A DNA stretch of 64,000 bases from NCBI GenBank assembly GCA_963775425.1, contig CAVZJB010000017.1:320001-384000 (forward strand), written 5' to 3'. A program made the translations under genes and the position numbers. The DNA is from an uncultured delta proteobacterium. GTDB lineage: Bacteria; Myxococcota; UBA727; VGSZ01. The notes below the pieces were generated by a model, which made no database searches, was not told the DNA's origin, and was given only the letters and a program-made list of their open reading frames with translations. Of the stretch, positions 10,478-21,210 are shown piece by piece (within the stretch, counting starts at the first letter, position 1; the number at the start of each line of letters is the position of its first letter).

Positions 10478-11128
10478 ATGACCTTTCTCGATCGGGCGGT
10501 GAAGATGCTCCTGCCGCGGGAGGAGGGGTTCTTCGACCTCCTCGAACGCGGCGCCACCTGCGCCCGCGACGCAGGCGCCACCATGCGCGACCTCTGCGCG
10601 GCCAACACGCCCGAGGAGCGAAAGCAGAAGCTCGCCCACCTCCGCGACATCGAGCACGCCGCCGACGCCGTCATCCACGAGACGTACGACGCCCTCAACA
10701 GCACCTTCGTCACCCCCATCGACCGCAGCGACATCTACACGCTCGCCACCGACCTCGAGGACATCGTCGACGTCAACCACGCCACCGCCATGCAGCTCGT
10801 CACGCACTCGATGAACGACGTGCCCGACGGCAGCGCCGAGATCGCGCAGCTCATCGCGCAGGCCACCAACGAGATCTCCGACGCCGTGAAGCTGTTGCGG
10901 AACCTCAAGCGGCCCGAGGCCGTGCGCGAGCACGCCACCAAGCTCTCCACGTACGAGCACAGCGGCGACGAGATCTTCCGCACCCGCATCGGGGCCCTCT
11001 TCCGCGACGAGAAGGACGCCATCCGGCTCATCCAGCACAAGGAGTTCCTCGAGGGGCTCGAGCAGGCCCTCGACGAGTGCGATCGCGTCGGCACCGCGCT
11101 GCAGACCATCGTCATCAAGAACGCGTGA
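10478..11128 (+). CDS. DUF47 / Pit accessory phosphate transport regulator
   Basis: LLPREEGFFDL, IEHAAD, TFVTPIDRSDIYTLATDLEDIVD, YEHSGD; directly upstream of pit. Confidence 0.92.
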   Translation: MTFLDRAVKMLLPREEGFFDLLERGATCARDAGATMRDLCAANTPEERKQKLAHLRDIEHAADAVIHETYDALNSTFVTPIDRSDIYTLATDLEDIVDVNHATAMQLVTHSMNDVPDGSAEIAQLIAQATNEISDAVKLLRNLKRPEAVREHATKLSTYEHSGDEIFRTRIGALFRDEKDAIRLIQHKEFLEGLEQALDECDRVGTALQTIVIKNA

Positions 11129-11135
11129 GGACGCC

Positions 11136-12146
11136 GTGAGCCTCTTCGCCATCGTCGTCCTCGTCGTCATCACCGCGGTGGTCTTCGACTACATCAACGG
11201 CTTTCACGACGCCGCCAACGCGGTCGCCACCGTGGTCTCCACCGGCGTGTTGCCCATGCGCACCGCCATCATCCTCGCGGCGCTCCTCAACATCGCCGGC
11301 GCGTTCGCCGGTCAGGCCGTGGCCAAGACCATCGGCGGCGACCTCCTCGACGGCAGCGTGGTCACCCAGGTGCTCGTGTTGAGCGCGCTCGTCGGCGCCG
11401 TCACCTGGAACCTCATCACCTGGTACTTCGGCATCCCGTCGTCGTCGTCGCACGCGCTCATCGGCGGCATCGTCGGCGCAGGCGCCATGAAGGCGGGCAT
11501 GGGCGCCATCAAGATGGAGGGCGTCGAAAAGGTCGTGAAGGGCCTCATCATCTCGCCCATCGTCGGCGCCATCGTCGCCTTCCTCGTCATGATCGCCATC
11601 CTCTGGATGGCGCGGCGCGGACGGCCCACGGTGATGAATCGGCTGTTTCGCCGGCTGCAGATGCTGTCGTCGATCTTCATGGCGTTTTCCCACGGCAGCA
11701 ACGACGCCCAGAAGAGCATGGGCGTCATCACCATGGCGCTCGTCTCGTACGGCGCCGTTCACAAGGACGCCGCCGCCGACTTCAGCATCCCGTCGTGGGT
11801 GATCCTCGTGTGCGCCACCGCCATGGGCCTCGGCACCGCCGCCGGCGGCACGCGCATCATCAAGACCATGGGCACCAAGATCATCGACCTCAAGCCCGTG
11901 CACGGCTTCGCCGCGGAGACGGCGGCCACGGCCACCATCCTCGGGGCCTCCTTCCTCGGCGTGCCCGTGTCGACGACGCACGTGATCTCCGGCTGCATCC
12001 TCGGCGTCGGCTCCTCGCAGCGCGTGAGCGCCGTGCGCTGGGGCGTCACCGCGCGCATCGTCTGGGCCTGGGTGCTCACCATCCCCATCGCCGCCCTGGT
12101 CGCCGCCGGCGTCTACGCGGTGGCCTCGCGCGTCCTCGGTGCGTAG
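11136..12146 (+). CDS. pit: Inorganic phosphate transporter, PiT family
   Basis: FDYINGFHDAANAVAT, GIPSSSSHALIGG, HGSNDAQKSMG, GVPVSTTH, WAWVLTIP. Confidence 0.95.
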   Translation: MSLFAIVVLVVITAVVFDYINGFHDAANAVATVVSTGVLPMRTAIILAALLNIAGAFAGQAVAKTIGGDLLDGSVVTQVLVLSALVGAVTWNLITWYFGIPSSSSHALIGGIVGAGAMKAGMGAIKMEGVEKVVKGLIISPIVGAIVAFLVMIAILWMARRGRPTVMNRLFRRLQMLSSIFMAFSHGSNDAQKSMGVITMALVSYGAVHKDAAADFSIPSWVILVCATAMGLGTAAGGTRIIKTMGTKIIDLKPVHGFAAETAATATILGASFLGVPVSTTHVISGCILGVGSSQRVSAVRWGVTARIVWAWVLTIPIAALVAAGVYAVASRVLGA

Positions 12147-12155
12147 AGGATCTGC

Positions 12156-13577
<1,422 letters not shown>

Positions 13578-13707
13578 CCGTCGTCGTGAGAGAGACGATC
13601 GCGCGGCGATGTGCGTTCAGGTGCGACGTGCGCGGACGCGAACATGAGCCGCCGATCCGGGCGGGGGCCGAATTCCGTTGCTACGATCGACGTCGAGGGT
13701 GCCGAAA

Positions 13708-14183
13708 TGAGCCGTCTTGCCGCCGATCTTCTCTGCCGCTCACTCCTCTGCTTCGGCATCGCCGCCGGCGTCGCCGGATTCCTCCGCGCGCCGCCGCGGG
13801 AGCATCCGGTGCAAGCGTGCAATGACGACAGCTACGGCGCCGTCTTCGGCGCCTACGACGACGACGGAGACCTCGTCGCCACCAACGTCATCCCGCTCGT
13901 GACGGGACAGGAGTTCGGCTGGAGCCTCGCCGTCGACGACACGTTCGAGCACACGTGGCGCGAGGTGCTCATCACGCCCGCGCCGCCGCGCGAGTGGATC
14001 GGCGCCGACCTCGTGGTCACCGACGACGGCAAGGTCGGCGTCACCGAGCGCACCGAGGTCGCCGTGGACGGCATGCTCGAGCACGCGTGGACCATCACCG
14101 ACGGCGACCCCGCCGGCGCGCACGAGATGCAGATCTACCTCGACGGCCGCCTGGTGAAGACCTTCCACTTCCTGATCCGCTGA
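13708..14183 (+). CDS. Hypothetical membrane-anchored/exported beta-rich protein
   Basis: N-terminal hydrophobic segment; TNVIPLVTGQEFGWSL...WTITDGDPAGAHEMQIYLDGRLVKTFHF; host-like codon usage. Confidence 0.7.
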
Positions 14184-15911
14184 AAGGCTGACGAAAAATA
14201 AGGCTCGTAGCAGCACTCGGCGAAGCCGCCCACAAGGTGGCTCGCCGCGCGGAGTACGGGGCGAGGCACGTCGGCGCGCAAGAACCGCTGCGGGTTGTGA
14301 GGAAACGGCGGGTCCGAGCGGTGTTGTGATCCCGCTATCAGCGCACGTGGCGGGTTCGTGCGGGTCGTGTGCGCGCCGACGTGCCTCGATGCGACGTCGG
14401 TGCGACTTCAGGCGGTGAGCTTCGCGAGGTTCTGCAGCAGGTTGAAGGCCACGGCTGCCATCAGGGCGACCGTCGTCACCTTCGCTAGCCCCCGTACGTA
14501 GAGCGTGTCGACGCCAAGCTGGGCCTTGAGCACGGCGTTGGCGTGCTCGGCGAGACCAGGGCGCGTGCGGTATCGCGCCTTCGCTGCGGCGCTCTTCATC
14601 CACGCCCTGTACTGGTCCAGCCGTGGATCAGGCTTCTGGTGCTTGCGGCGATCGCCGGCCCGCGCGGCCGAGCTGGCGGGATCACGGGCAGGATCTCACG
14701 GCGATCGAGCTCCTTGACGTCGTCGCGGTTGAAGTGGTTCGCGTCGGCGAGCACCACGGAAGGCGCGCGGCCGAGACGACGGACGACGTCGTCTTGCATA
14801 GGCAGGACGCTGCACATGTCGCTGCCGACGTTCGTGACGCGCACGCCGACGATGGACCGAGGACCGCCGGTCTTCTTCCCTACGACGCCGAGCTGGATGT
14901 TGTACGCAGGCCGGAAGCCGCCGTCGGCCATCTTCATCACACGTGCGTCCTTGTCCGTCGTCGAGGCCCGCACCTCGCGACCGTCGCTCCTGGGCGGCGG
15001 CTTCTTGAGCGTCTTGATCGCGTCCTCGACGCGCCGCTTGTAGTCACGCGCCTTCGCGGCGCGGGCCGCGTGCGCCGCATCGGAGATCTCCGGATTGTCG
15101 GATCGGCGAGCACCGCTTTCAAGTGGAGCTCGGCATGCTCGCGACACTCCTTCAGGCCACCCTCGCTGCGGAACGACGGCGCGCCGGCCGACGCGCGAAC
15201 GCGTGTGCCGTCCTGCGCCATGGTGCGCAGTGACACCAGCCCCCTGTGATCGAGCACCGCGAGGACATCGGTGAGGAGCTTGTCGAACGCGGCGCCGCGA
15301 TCGACGCGGAACCTGGCGATGACATCGTGACTCGGGCGCAGATCGCCGACGATAAAACGGAAGGCGTCGTCGTTCGTCGTCAGCCGCGCGATCTCCCGGG
15401 CGCTCCCGATCCCTTGGCCTATCGCGTACAGCCACAGCGTCAGGAGCATCCGCGGGCTCGTAATCGGGCGCCCACCGCCAAACTGCACGGCCTTGGCGCT
15501 GGCTGTGAACCTGTCGAGGTCGAGCCCGCCGATCACGCGGTCGATCGCCGTTCAGGTTCCTGGATTCGCGCGGGGCGCTTGAGCTTCACCATGCAAGGTG
15601 GATCAGCTCGAGCCGCACTTTTGGCGCGCACATCTCGGTGAGTTGCGAGTGCTTGGGCGCTCGGAATCAGCGAAGGCTAGACAACGTCGCCACCGCCGGA
15701 GCGGAAAGGAGCGGAGAGCTCGGCGCCCCGGCGCTCAACTCGGCGCGCGTCTTCGTCGCCGAGCTCGGAGCTCCTTTCCGCTCCGCCGTGTGGCCGTAGC
15801 ACCGTCCCCTTCCGGGTGGCTCGGATCAACGGTCCATCGGGCCAGCCCTCGTCGCCACTCGCGGCGCTCTCGATGACGCGGATCCCGATGGATCACGTTA
15901 CGCGTCAGCCT
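14184..15911 (-). mobile_element. Decayed IS1182-family insertion sequence
   Basis: Terminal inverted match aggctgacg (14185-14193) / cgtcagcct (15903-15911); CTGA on both flanks (14180-14183, 15912-15915) as a candidate target duplication; transposase remnant inside. Confidence 0.75.
14408..15592 (-). pseudogene. IS1182-family DDE transposase pseudogene (several frameshifts, probable 5' internal deletion)
   Basis: Pieces in different frames: GRPITSPRMLLTLWLYA...SAREIARL (DUF772-like), AQDGTRVRASAG; RASTTDKDARVMKMADGGFRPAYNIQ, VLADANHF; YRTRPGLAEHANAVLK...VRGLAKV...AFNL. The frame from ATG 15592 stops after 19 codons. Confidence 0.88.
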
Positions 15912-16013
15912 CTGACTTGAGCGGCGGTGGCGACGCCACAGCTCGGCGGACAGCGCGCCGAGATCCGGAGCCGACGACGTACGCAGGTGTTCCGCTGAAT
16001 GCCCCGAGCGGCT

Positions 16014-16535
16014 CCCCGGCATCGCGCACCTCTCCGGCATCGGCGTCGGTTCCGCTGTCCACGCCACCTTCGCGCTCCTCGCCGGCGTCAACCGGCGGCG
16101 TCCCCGCGTCGAGCACGTCGCCGGTGCCCCCCGCCGCATTCGCAGCCGGCGAGGAGCACACAGCAAAGAACGGAGGCGCGCATCCCGTCTACCAGCGCCC
16201 GATCCGCACGACGATCATCCCCTTTCTGGGCCTCGTCGCAGGCGTAGGGGACGCTGGGGAGGTCGACGATGCACGGCGGCGGCCCGGCGTCGAGCGGCAC
16301 CCCAGCATCGCGCACCTCTCCGCCATCATCGGCGTCGGTTCCGCTGTCCACGCCACCTGCATCGCGCTTGTCGCCGGCGTCGAGCGGCGGCGTCCCCGGG
16401 TCGAGCACGTCACCGCCGGCGTCGGTGGGCAGGAGCCGCCCCCCGCCGCATTCGCAGCCAGCGAGGAGCACACAGCAAAGGACGGAGGCGCGCATCCCGT
16501 CTACCAGCGCCCGATCCGCACGACGATCATCCCCT
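16014..16535 (-). repeat. Imperfect duplication of about 210-235 bp (about 16014-16223 and 16299-16535), each copy carrying a gene end (GMIVVRIGRW*) and a lipoprotein start (MRASVLCCVLLAGCECGG)
   Basis: Near-identical blocks such as gaggagcacacagcaaag.acggaggcgcgcatcccgtctaccagcgcccgatccgcacgacgatcatcccct; ATGs at 16495 and 16183. Confidence 0.88.
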
Positions 16536-17013
16536 CGCCGGGATACCCGGCAAGATTCTTTCCTGGATCCGACCATGCGATGTCACCGTGTTCCTCGCCG
16601 TCGACGTTCCCCATGGCCACCGCGGCGCCCGCCCGACACGCTGCGCAGTCGCTCTGGGACGAGTTTGCGGTTGTAAAGCCGCCGTCGCGCCCGAAGAAGA
16701 CCTCGATCAATCCTTCACTCGGCGTGTTCACGTTGTTGGACCAATCGGGCTCACCGATGATCACGTCGTCGAAGCCGTCGAGGTTGACATCCTCTCCACC
16801 GGCAATCGCTGAGCCGAAGTGCGCACCGGCAACGCCTCGATTGAGGGTCGCGGATGGCGAGGTTGACGGCCCCCCGCTCGAGACCGCACCGAAGAACGCC
16901 TTGCCCCGCTCCGACCCGGCGATCCCGGCGACCCTCGCAGTGCCGCTCGACGCCGTGCCGCACGCCGCAAACGACGCGAACGAGGAGCCTCGATGCCGTC
17001 GCGTCTTCCTCAT
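16501..17013 (-). pseudogene. FG-GAP/integrin-alpha repeat protein remnant
   Basis: HFGSAIAGGEDVNLDGFDDVIIGEP and AGAAVAMGNVDGEEHGDIAWSDP; only about 2 blades, too short for a propeller. Confidence 0.65.
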
Positions 17014-17024
17014 TCGCTGAGCGC

Positions 17025-18506
17025 TCATCGGCGGTGGCGGCGCCACAGCTCGGCGGACAGCGCGTTCTGTGACGCGATCTGCTTGTAGACCTCGACGCTC
17101 GCGCGCGGCCTGCGGGCGAAGTCGTCCTCGTAGTCGACGGCGTACAGGCCGAAGCGCGGGCCAAAGCCCTCGGCCCACTCGAAGTTGTCGATCAGCGACC
17201 AGTGGAAGTACCCGCGCACGTCGACGCCGTGGTGCTCCGCCGCGCGCCAGAGGGCCTGCGCGTGGCGCACGAGGAAGCGCTGCCGGCGCACATCGTCGTC
17301 CTCGTTGTCCGCGAGGCCGTTTTCGAGCACGTACAGCGGCCGCGCATAGCGCTCCGAGAACCGCACCAGGGTGTCCGTGAGCGAGGCCTCGTCCGCGGCC
17401 CAGCCGAGATCGCTCACCTCCTCGCCGGGCTCATCGGGATCCCGGTGGCGCACGTCGACCTTGCCCGGGCGCGTCGGGTGCGCCTTGACGTACGAGCGCC
17501 CGTAGAAGTTCACGCCGACGTAATCCATCGTCCCGCGCACGCCCTCGACGACGCCCACGCCCCGGAGCACGCCGGTCTGCAGCGCGTCGAGGAATTCGAG
17601 GACGAAGGCGCGGTCGGCGAACGCCGCGGCGATGCGGTCGAGCGGCGAAGCGTCGCGCCACGGCATGAAGGCGCGCACGTGCTTGGCGATCCCCACCGAC
17701 GTCACGGTGCCCCGGCGCGCGGCGTCCGCGTGCAACGCCCGGTACGCCACCGCGTTCATGCGCAGCAGCGACGTCACGACGGACGCCACCGCGGGGGGGC
17801 CGCTGCGCTTCTCGTTCGGCGGGAAGACGCCGTCGAGATAGCCCTGCACGACGACCACCATGGGCTCGTTGATGGTGCACCAGAAGCGCACACGATCGCC
17901 CAGCGCCGCCGCCGCCGCCGCCGCGTATTGCTCGAAGCGCGCGACCGCGTCGTGGCGCTCGAGCCCCCGCAAGCCGCCGGAGCTCTGCGCGAGCCACGCG
18001 GGGATGGCGAAGTGGTGCAGCGTCACGAACGGCACCATGCCGCAGCGCGCGCACTCGTCGACGACGCGGCTGTAGAAGTCGAGCGCCCCCGGGTCCGGCG
18101 CGTCCATGTCTTCGCGCGGGAACAGCCGCGACCATGACAACGAGAAGCGGTGCGCGTTGTGTCCCATGGACGCCGCGCGGCGCAGGTCCTCGACGTAGAG
18201 CCGGTCGAAGTCGCACTTCTTGGCGAGCACCACCGTCGGCACGTCGGCGATGCCGGCGATGTGGGCGCTGGGGTCGCCGGCGCGCGCGCGGATCTCGAGC
18301 TCGGTCCAGTCGCTCGGCTGCTGGTGCTCGATCTGCTGGTCCGACGTGGCCGCGCCCCACAAAAAGCCCGCCGGAAAGAGAAACGGCCCCTCGCCGTCGT
18401 CGACAGGGCCGTAGGGCTTGCGCTTGGGCAGCCGCCACAGCGCGCGCAGAGCGCCGACGGACGCGCCCACCACCGCCGCCACCAGGAGCGCGACGAGCAA
18501 GCTCAC
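17025..18506 (-). CDS. Glycoside hydrolase family 1 (beta-glucosidase-like) with an N-terminal membrane anchor
   Basis: FPAGFLWGAAT, RFSLSWSRLFP, TLHHF, TINEP (acid/base), VLENG (nucleophile), WSLIDNFEWAEG. Confidence 0.93.
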   Translation of the reverse strand: MSLLVALLVAAVVGASVGALRALWRLPKRKPYGPVDDGEGPFLFPAGFLWGAATSDQQIEHQQPSDWTELEIRARAGDPSAHIAGIADVPTVVLAKKCDFDRLYVEDLRRAASMGHNAHRFSLSWSRLFPREDMDAPDPGALDFYSRVVDECARCGMVPFVTLHHFAIPAWLAQSSGGLRGLERHDAVARFEQYAAAAAAALGDRVRFWCTINEPMVVVVQGYLDGVFPPNEKRSGPPAVASVVTSLLRMNAVAYRALHADAARRGTVTSVGIAKHVRAFMPWRDASPLDRIAAAFADRAFVLEFLDALQTGVLRGVGVVEGVRGTMDYVGVNFYGRSYVKAHPTRPGKVDVRHRDPDEPGEEVSDLGWAADEASLTDTLVRFSERYARPLYVLENGLADNEDDDVRRQRFLVRHAQALWRAAEHHGVDVRGYFHWSLIDNFEWAEGFGPRFGLYAVDYEDDFARRPRASVEVYKQIASQNALSAELWRRHRR

Positions 18507-18525
18507 GAAGGTCCCTCGCTGCGCG

Positions 18526-19278
18526 TCACGACAGCTCCATGCGGTAGCCGACGCCGCGGACGGTCTTGATGGAAAACGGCGACGTTGGCGTCCAGCGGAG
18601 CTTCTTCTTCAAGGACGACACGAAGTTGTCGACGGTGCGCTCGTCGACGACCACGTCCTTGCCCCATACGTGGTCGAGGATCTCGTTGCGTGACAGCGCC
18701 ACCCCCGCGCTGTCGACCAGCAGCACCAGCAGGTCGAGCTCCGTGCGCGTCATCGGCACTTCGGCGCCGCTCTCGTCGAGCACGCGGCGGGCGGCGCGCT
18801 CGACGCGCATCCCGCCGATCTGGACGACGCCGGGGCCGCCGCCCGCCCCGGCCGGCGCGCCGCCCGCCGCGCCCAGGGCGGCGCCCCGGCGAACCAGGGC
18901 GCGCACGCGCACGAGCAGCTCGCGCAGGCGGTACGGCTTCTTCAGGTAGTCGTCGGCGCCGGCGTCGAAGCCGCGCACCAGATCGTCTTCGAGGGTGCGA
19001 GCGGTGAGCATCAACACGCAGGGCGCGGGCGTGCCCGCTGCCGAGGCGCGGCGCTTCAGCTCGCTGCACAACGTGTAGCCGTCTCCGTCGGGCAGCATGA
19101 CGTCGAGGATGATGACGTCGAACGAGGCCGACGCGAGCATGCTCTCGGCGCCGGCGACGTCGGCGGCGGCGGCCACGGAGTAGCCCTCGTCGCGCAGCAC
19201 GTCGGCGAGCGTGAGCCGCAGGTTCTCGTCGTCCTCGACGAGGAGCACCCTGCCCGGTTGGTCCTGCGGCGTCGCCAA
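18526..19278 (-). CDS. OmpR-family response regulator
   Basis: LLVEDD, ILDVMLPDGDG, MLTAR, GADDYLKKPY, wHTH ending IKTVRGVGY. Confidence 0.95.
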   Translation of the reverse strand: MATPQDQPGRVLLVEDDENLRLTLADVLRDEGYSVAAAADVAGAESMLASASFDVIILDVMLPDGDGYTLCSELKRRASAAGTPAPCVLMLTARTLEDDLVRGFDAGADDYLKKPYRLRELLVRVRALVRRGAALGAAGGAPAGAGGGPGVVQIGGMRVERAARRVLDESGAEVPMTRTELDLLVLLVDSAGVALSRNEILDHVWGKDVVVDERTVDNFVSSLKKKLRWTPTSPFSIKTVRGVGYRMELS

Positions 19279-19311
19279 CTCGATTTCCTCCGCGCCACGA
19301 GGCCGGCCCGC

Positions 19312-21210
19312 TCAGCCCGGCAGCGTCAGGACGAACTTTGATCCGTCGGGGCCCGTCGAGGCAAGCGCGACGTCCCCGCCGTGCGCCCTCGCGATCTGCC
19401 GGCAGAGCGCGAGGCCGAGCCCGGTGCCCCGAGACGGAGCGCGCGCCCCGCGCTCGAACTCGCGGAAAATGCGCTCGCGGTCGGCCTCGGCGACGCCGGG
19501 CCCGTCGTCCTCGACGACGACGCTGGCGCCCGCGGGGCCGCCGGCGACCCGCACGCGCACGCGCTTGTCCGCGCGCGGGTTGTGCTGCCACGCGTTGCGC
19601 ACGAGGTTCGTGACCACGAGCTGGAGCAGCTCGAGGTCGCCGCTGACGTCCACGTCGCCGTCGACGTCCACCGTGACCACCGCGTTCCCGTCGGCGCGCG
19701 CGCGCGTCGCCGCCTCCGCCGCCACCTCCGCCAGCGAGACACGGTCCCGGTGCGGCACCAGGCGGCCCCGCTCGAGCCGCGAGAAGGACAGGATGTTTTC
19801 AACGAGGAAGTCGAGGCCGTCGACGTCGCGCTCCAGGCGCGCGAGCTTCTCGCGCGCTTTGTCGTCGCTCGAGCGGGCGAGCATGGACTCGACGAGGAGC
19901 CGCATGGACGCGAGCGGCGTCCGCAGCTCGTGCGAGACCGCCGCCACGAAGCCCGAGCGCAGCTCGTCGTAGCGGCGGCGACGGCGGCGGTCGACGACGA
20001 CCCCGGCGGCGAGCGCGCCCGCCATCGCCGTCATGAGCCCGAGGAGCCCGCCCTTGAGCCGGAAGCGCGCGGCGGCGGACGCGGCGACGGCGTCGAGGCG
20101 CGGGCTCTCGAGCGCGACCGGCACGTCCTCGAGCGCGACGCGCGCTCCCGTCGGGTGGCCGCCGCCCGCGCCCGCCGGTGCGCCGAGGTCGAGCGTGACG
20201 GCGTCGCCGGTGGTGAGCAGCGAGCGCCCGCGCAGGTCGGCCGCGATGTCGCGCGACAGGCGCGCGGCGTCGAGGAGCGCCCCGCGCCCGGCGCCGTCGC
20301 CGGTCGGCTCGAAGTAGAGCGCGCGCCCCCCCGCGACGGCGACGACGCCCGCGCGCGCGTAGGCGACGGCCGCGCCGGCAGCGGGCCGCTCGACCGCGGC
20401 GGTGAGATCGACGGCGGCCAGGACGGCGTCCGCGGGCGCCGCGGGCTCCCGCCAGCGATCGCGAAAGCGCGCGCAGTCGACGCCGGCGTCCCGGCAGAGC
20501 TGCAGGAGCGCCGCGGCGAAGCGCTCGGCGCCGGCGGCCGAGAGCTGGCCCTTGTCGCGCGCGTTCAAGACGTCGACGGCGACGGGGACGATGCGCGCCG
20601 CGCCCACCGCTCTCCCCTCGATGAGGAGCGCGCGCACGAGGGCGGGGTCGGCGTTCCCGCTCTTCACGAGCGCCTTCGCCACCACCAGCGCCGCGGCCCC
20701 GCTGGTCGACGACGTCCAGCGCTCCTGCGCGCGCGCCTCGAGGAACGTCCGCACCGCCCGCTCGAGATCGTCGTCATCGCCCGCGTCGCGCACGGCGAAG
20801 GCGAGCGTTGCCGCGGTGCCCGCGAGGGCGCCGCCCTTCGCCGCCGTCGGCGTGTGCGCCGCGTCGAGGCCGGCATCGAAGAGCGCCTCGGCCGCCGTCG
20901 GCGACGGCGACGGCGCCGCGCGCGGACGGGGCAACACCGGCGCGCCGTCGGCGACGAGCACCAAATCCTCGTCGGGTGCGAGCCGATCGGCCTCGATGGC
21001 CCGCGCGCGCGCCTCGAAGTCGGCGAGCTTGGCGTCGATCCGGCCGCGAAGCTCCGAGCGCGCGGCGTCGACGATCAAGCGCCGCTGGTCCGCCACCGCC
21101 GCCACCGCCGCGTCGCGCTCGTCGACGAACTCCCGCCACAGGGCGAGGTCCGCGGCGAAGACGGCGACGAGCACCGCAGCGACGACGGCGGGGACGAGCC
21201 AGCGCTTCAC
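19312..21210 (-). CDS. Membrane sensor histidine kinase
   Basis: Two TMs around a large periplasmic region; H-box AVSHELRTPL, NLVRNA, DDGPG, GTGLGLAL; GTG start overlaps the upstream TGA. Confidence 0.9.
   Translation of the reverse strand: MKRWLVPAVVAAVLVAVFAADLALWREFVDERDAAVAAVADQRRLIVDAARSELRGRIDAKLADFEARARAIEADRLAPDEDLVLVADGAPVLPRPRAAPSPSPTAAEALFDAGLDAAHTPTAAKGGALAGTAATLAFAVRDAGDDDDLERAVRTFLEARAQERWTSSTSGAAALVVAKALVKSGNADPALVRALLIEGRAVGAARIVPVAVDVLNARDKGQLSAAGAERFAAALLQLCRDAGVDCARFRDRWREPAAPADAVLAAVDLTAAVERPAAGAAVAYARAGVVAVAGGRALYFEPTGDGAGRGALLDAARLSRDIAADLRGRSLLTTGDAVTLDLGAPAGAGGGHPTGARVALEDVPVALESPRLDAVAASAAARFRLKGGLLGLMTAMAGALAAGVVVDRRRRRRYDELRSGFVAAVSHELRTPLASMRLLVESMLARSSDDKAREKLARLERDVDGLDFLVENILSFSRLERGRLVPHRDRVSLAEVAAEAATRARADGNAVVTVDVDGDVDVSGDLELLQLVVTNLVRNAWQHNPRADKRVRVRVAGGPAGASVVVEDDGPGVAEADRERIFREFERGARAPSRGTGLGLALCRQIARAHGGDVALASTGPDGSKFVLTLPG

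Larger units (their letters stand above)
15922..17064. repeat. 36-bp direct repeat pair (15922-15957 and 17029-17064, 1 mismatch) duplicating the 3' end of the GH1 gene
   Basis: cggcggtggcg(a/g)cgccacagctcggcggacagcgcg seen at both positions. Confidence 0.9.

Noticed and set aside
14596-15110. Programmed frameshifting in the transposase
   Set aside because: There are at least three separate breaks, no clear slippery site, and IS1182 transposases are normally a single ORF; decay or sequencing error is simpler
16014-16535. Duplicated block as a diversity-generating retroelement TR/VR pair
   Set aside because: No reverse transcriptase is in the window, and the differences include indels and are not confined to adenines
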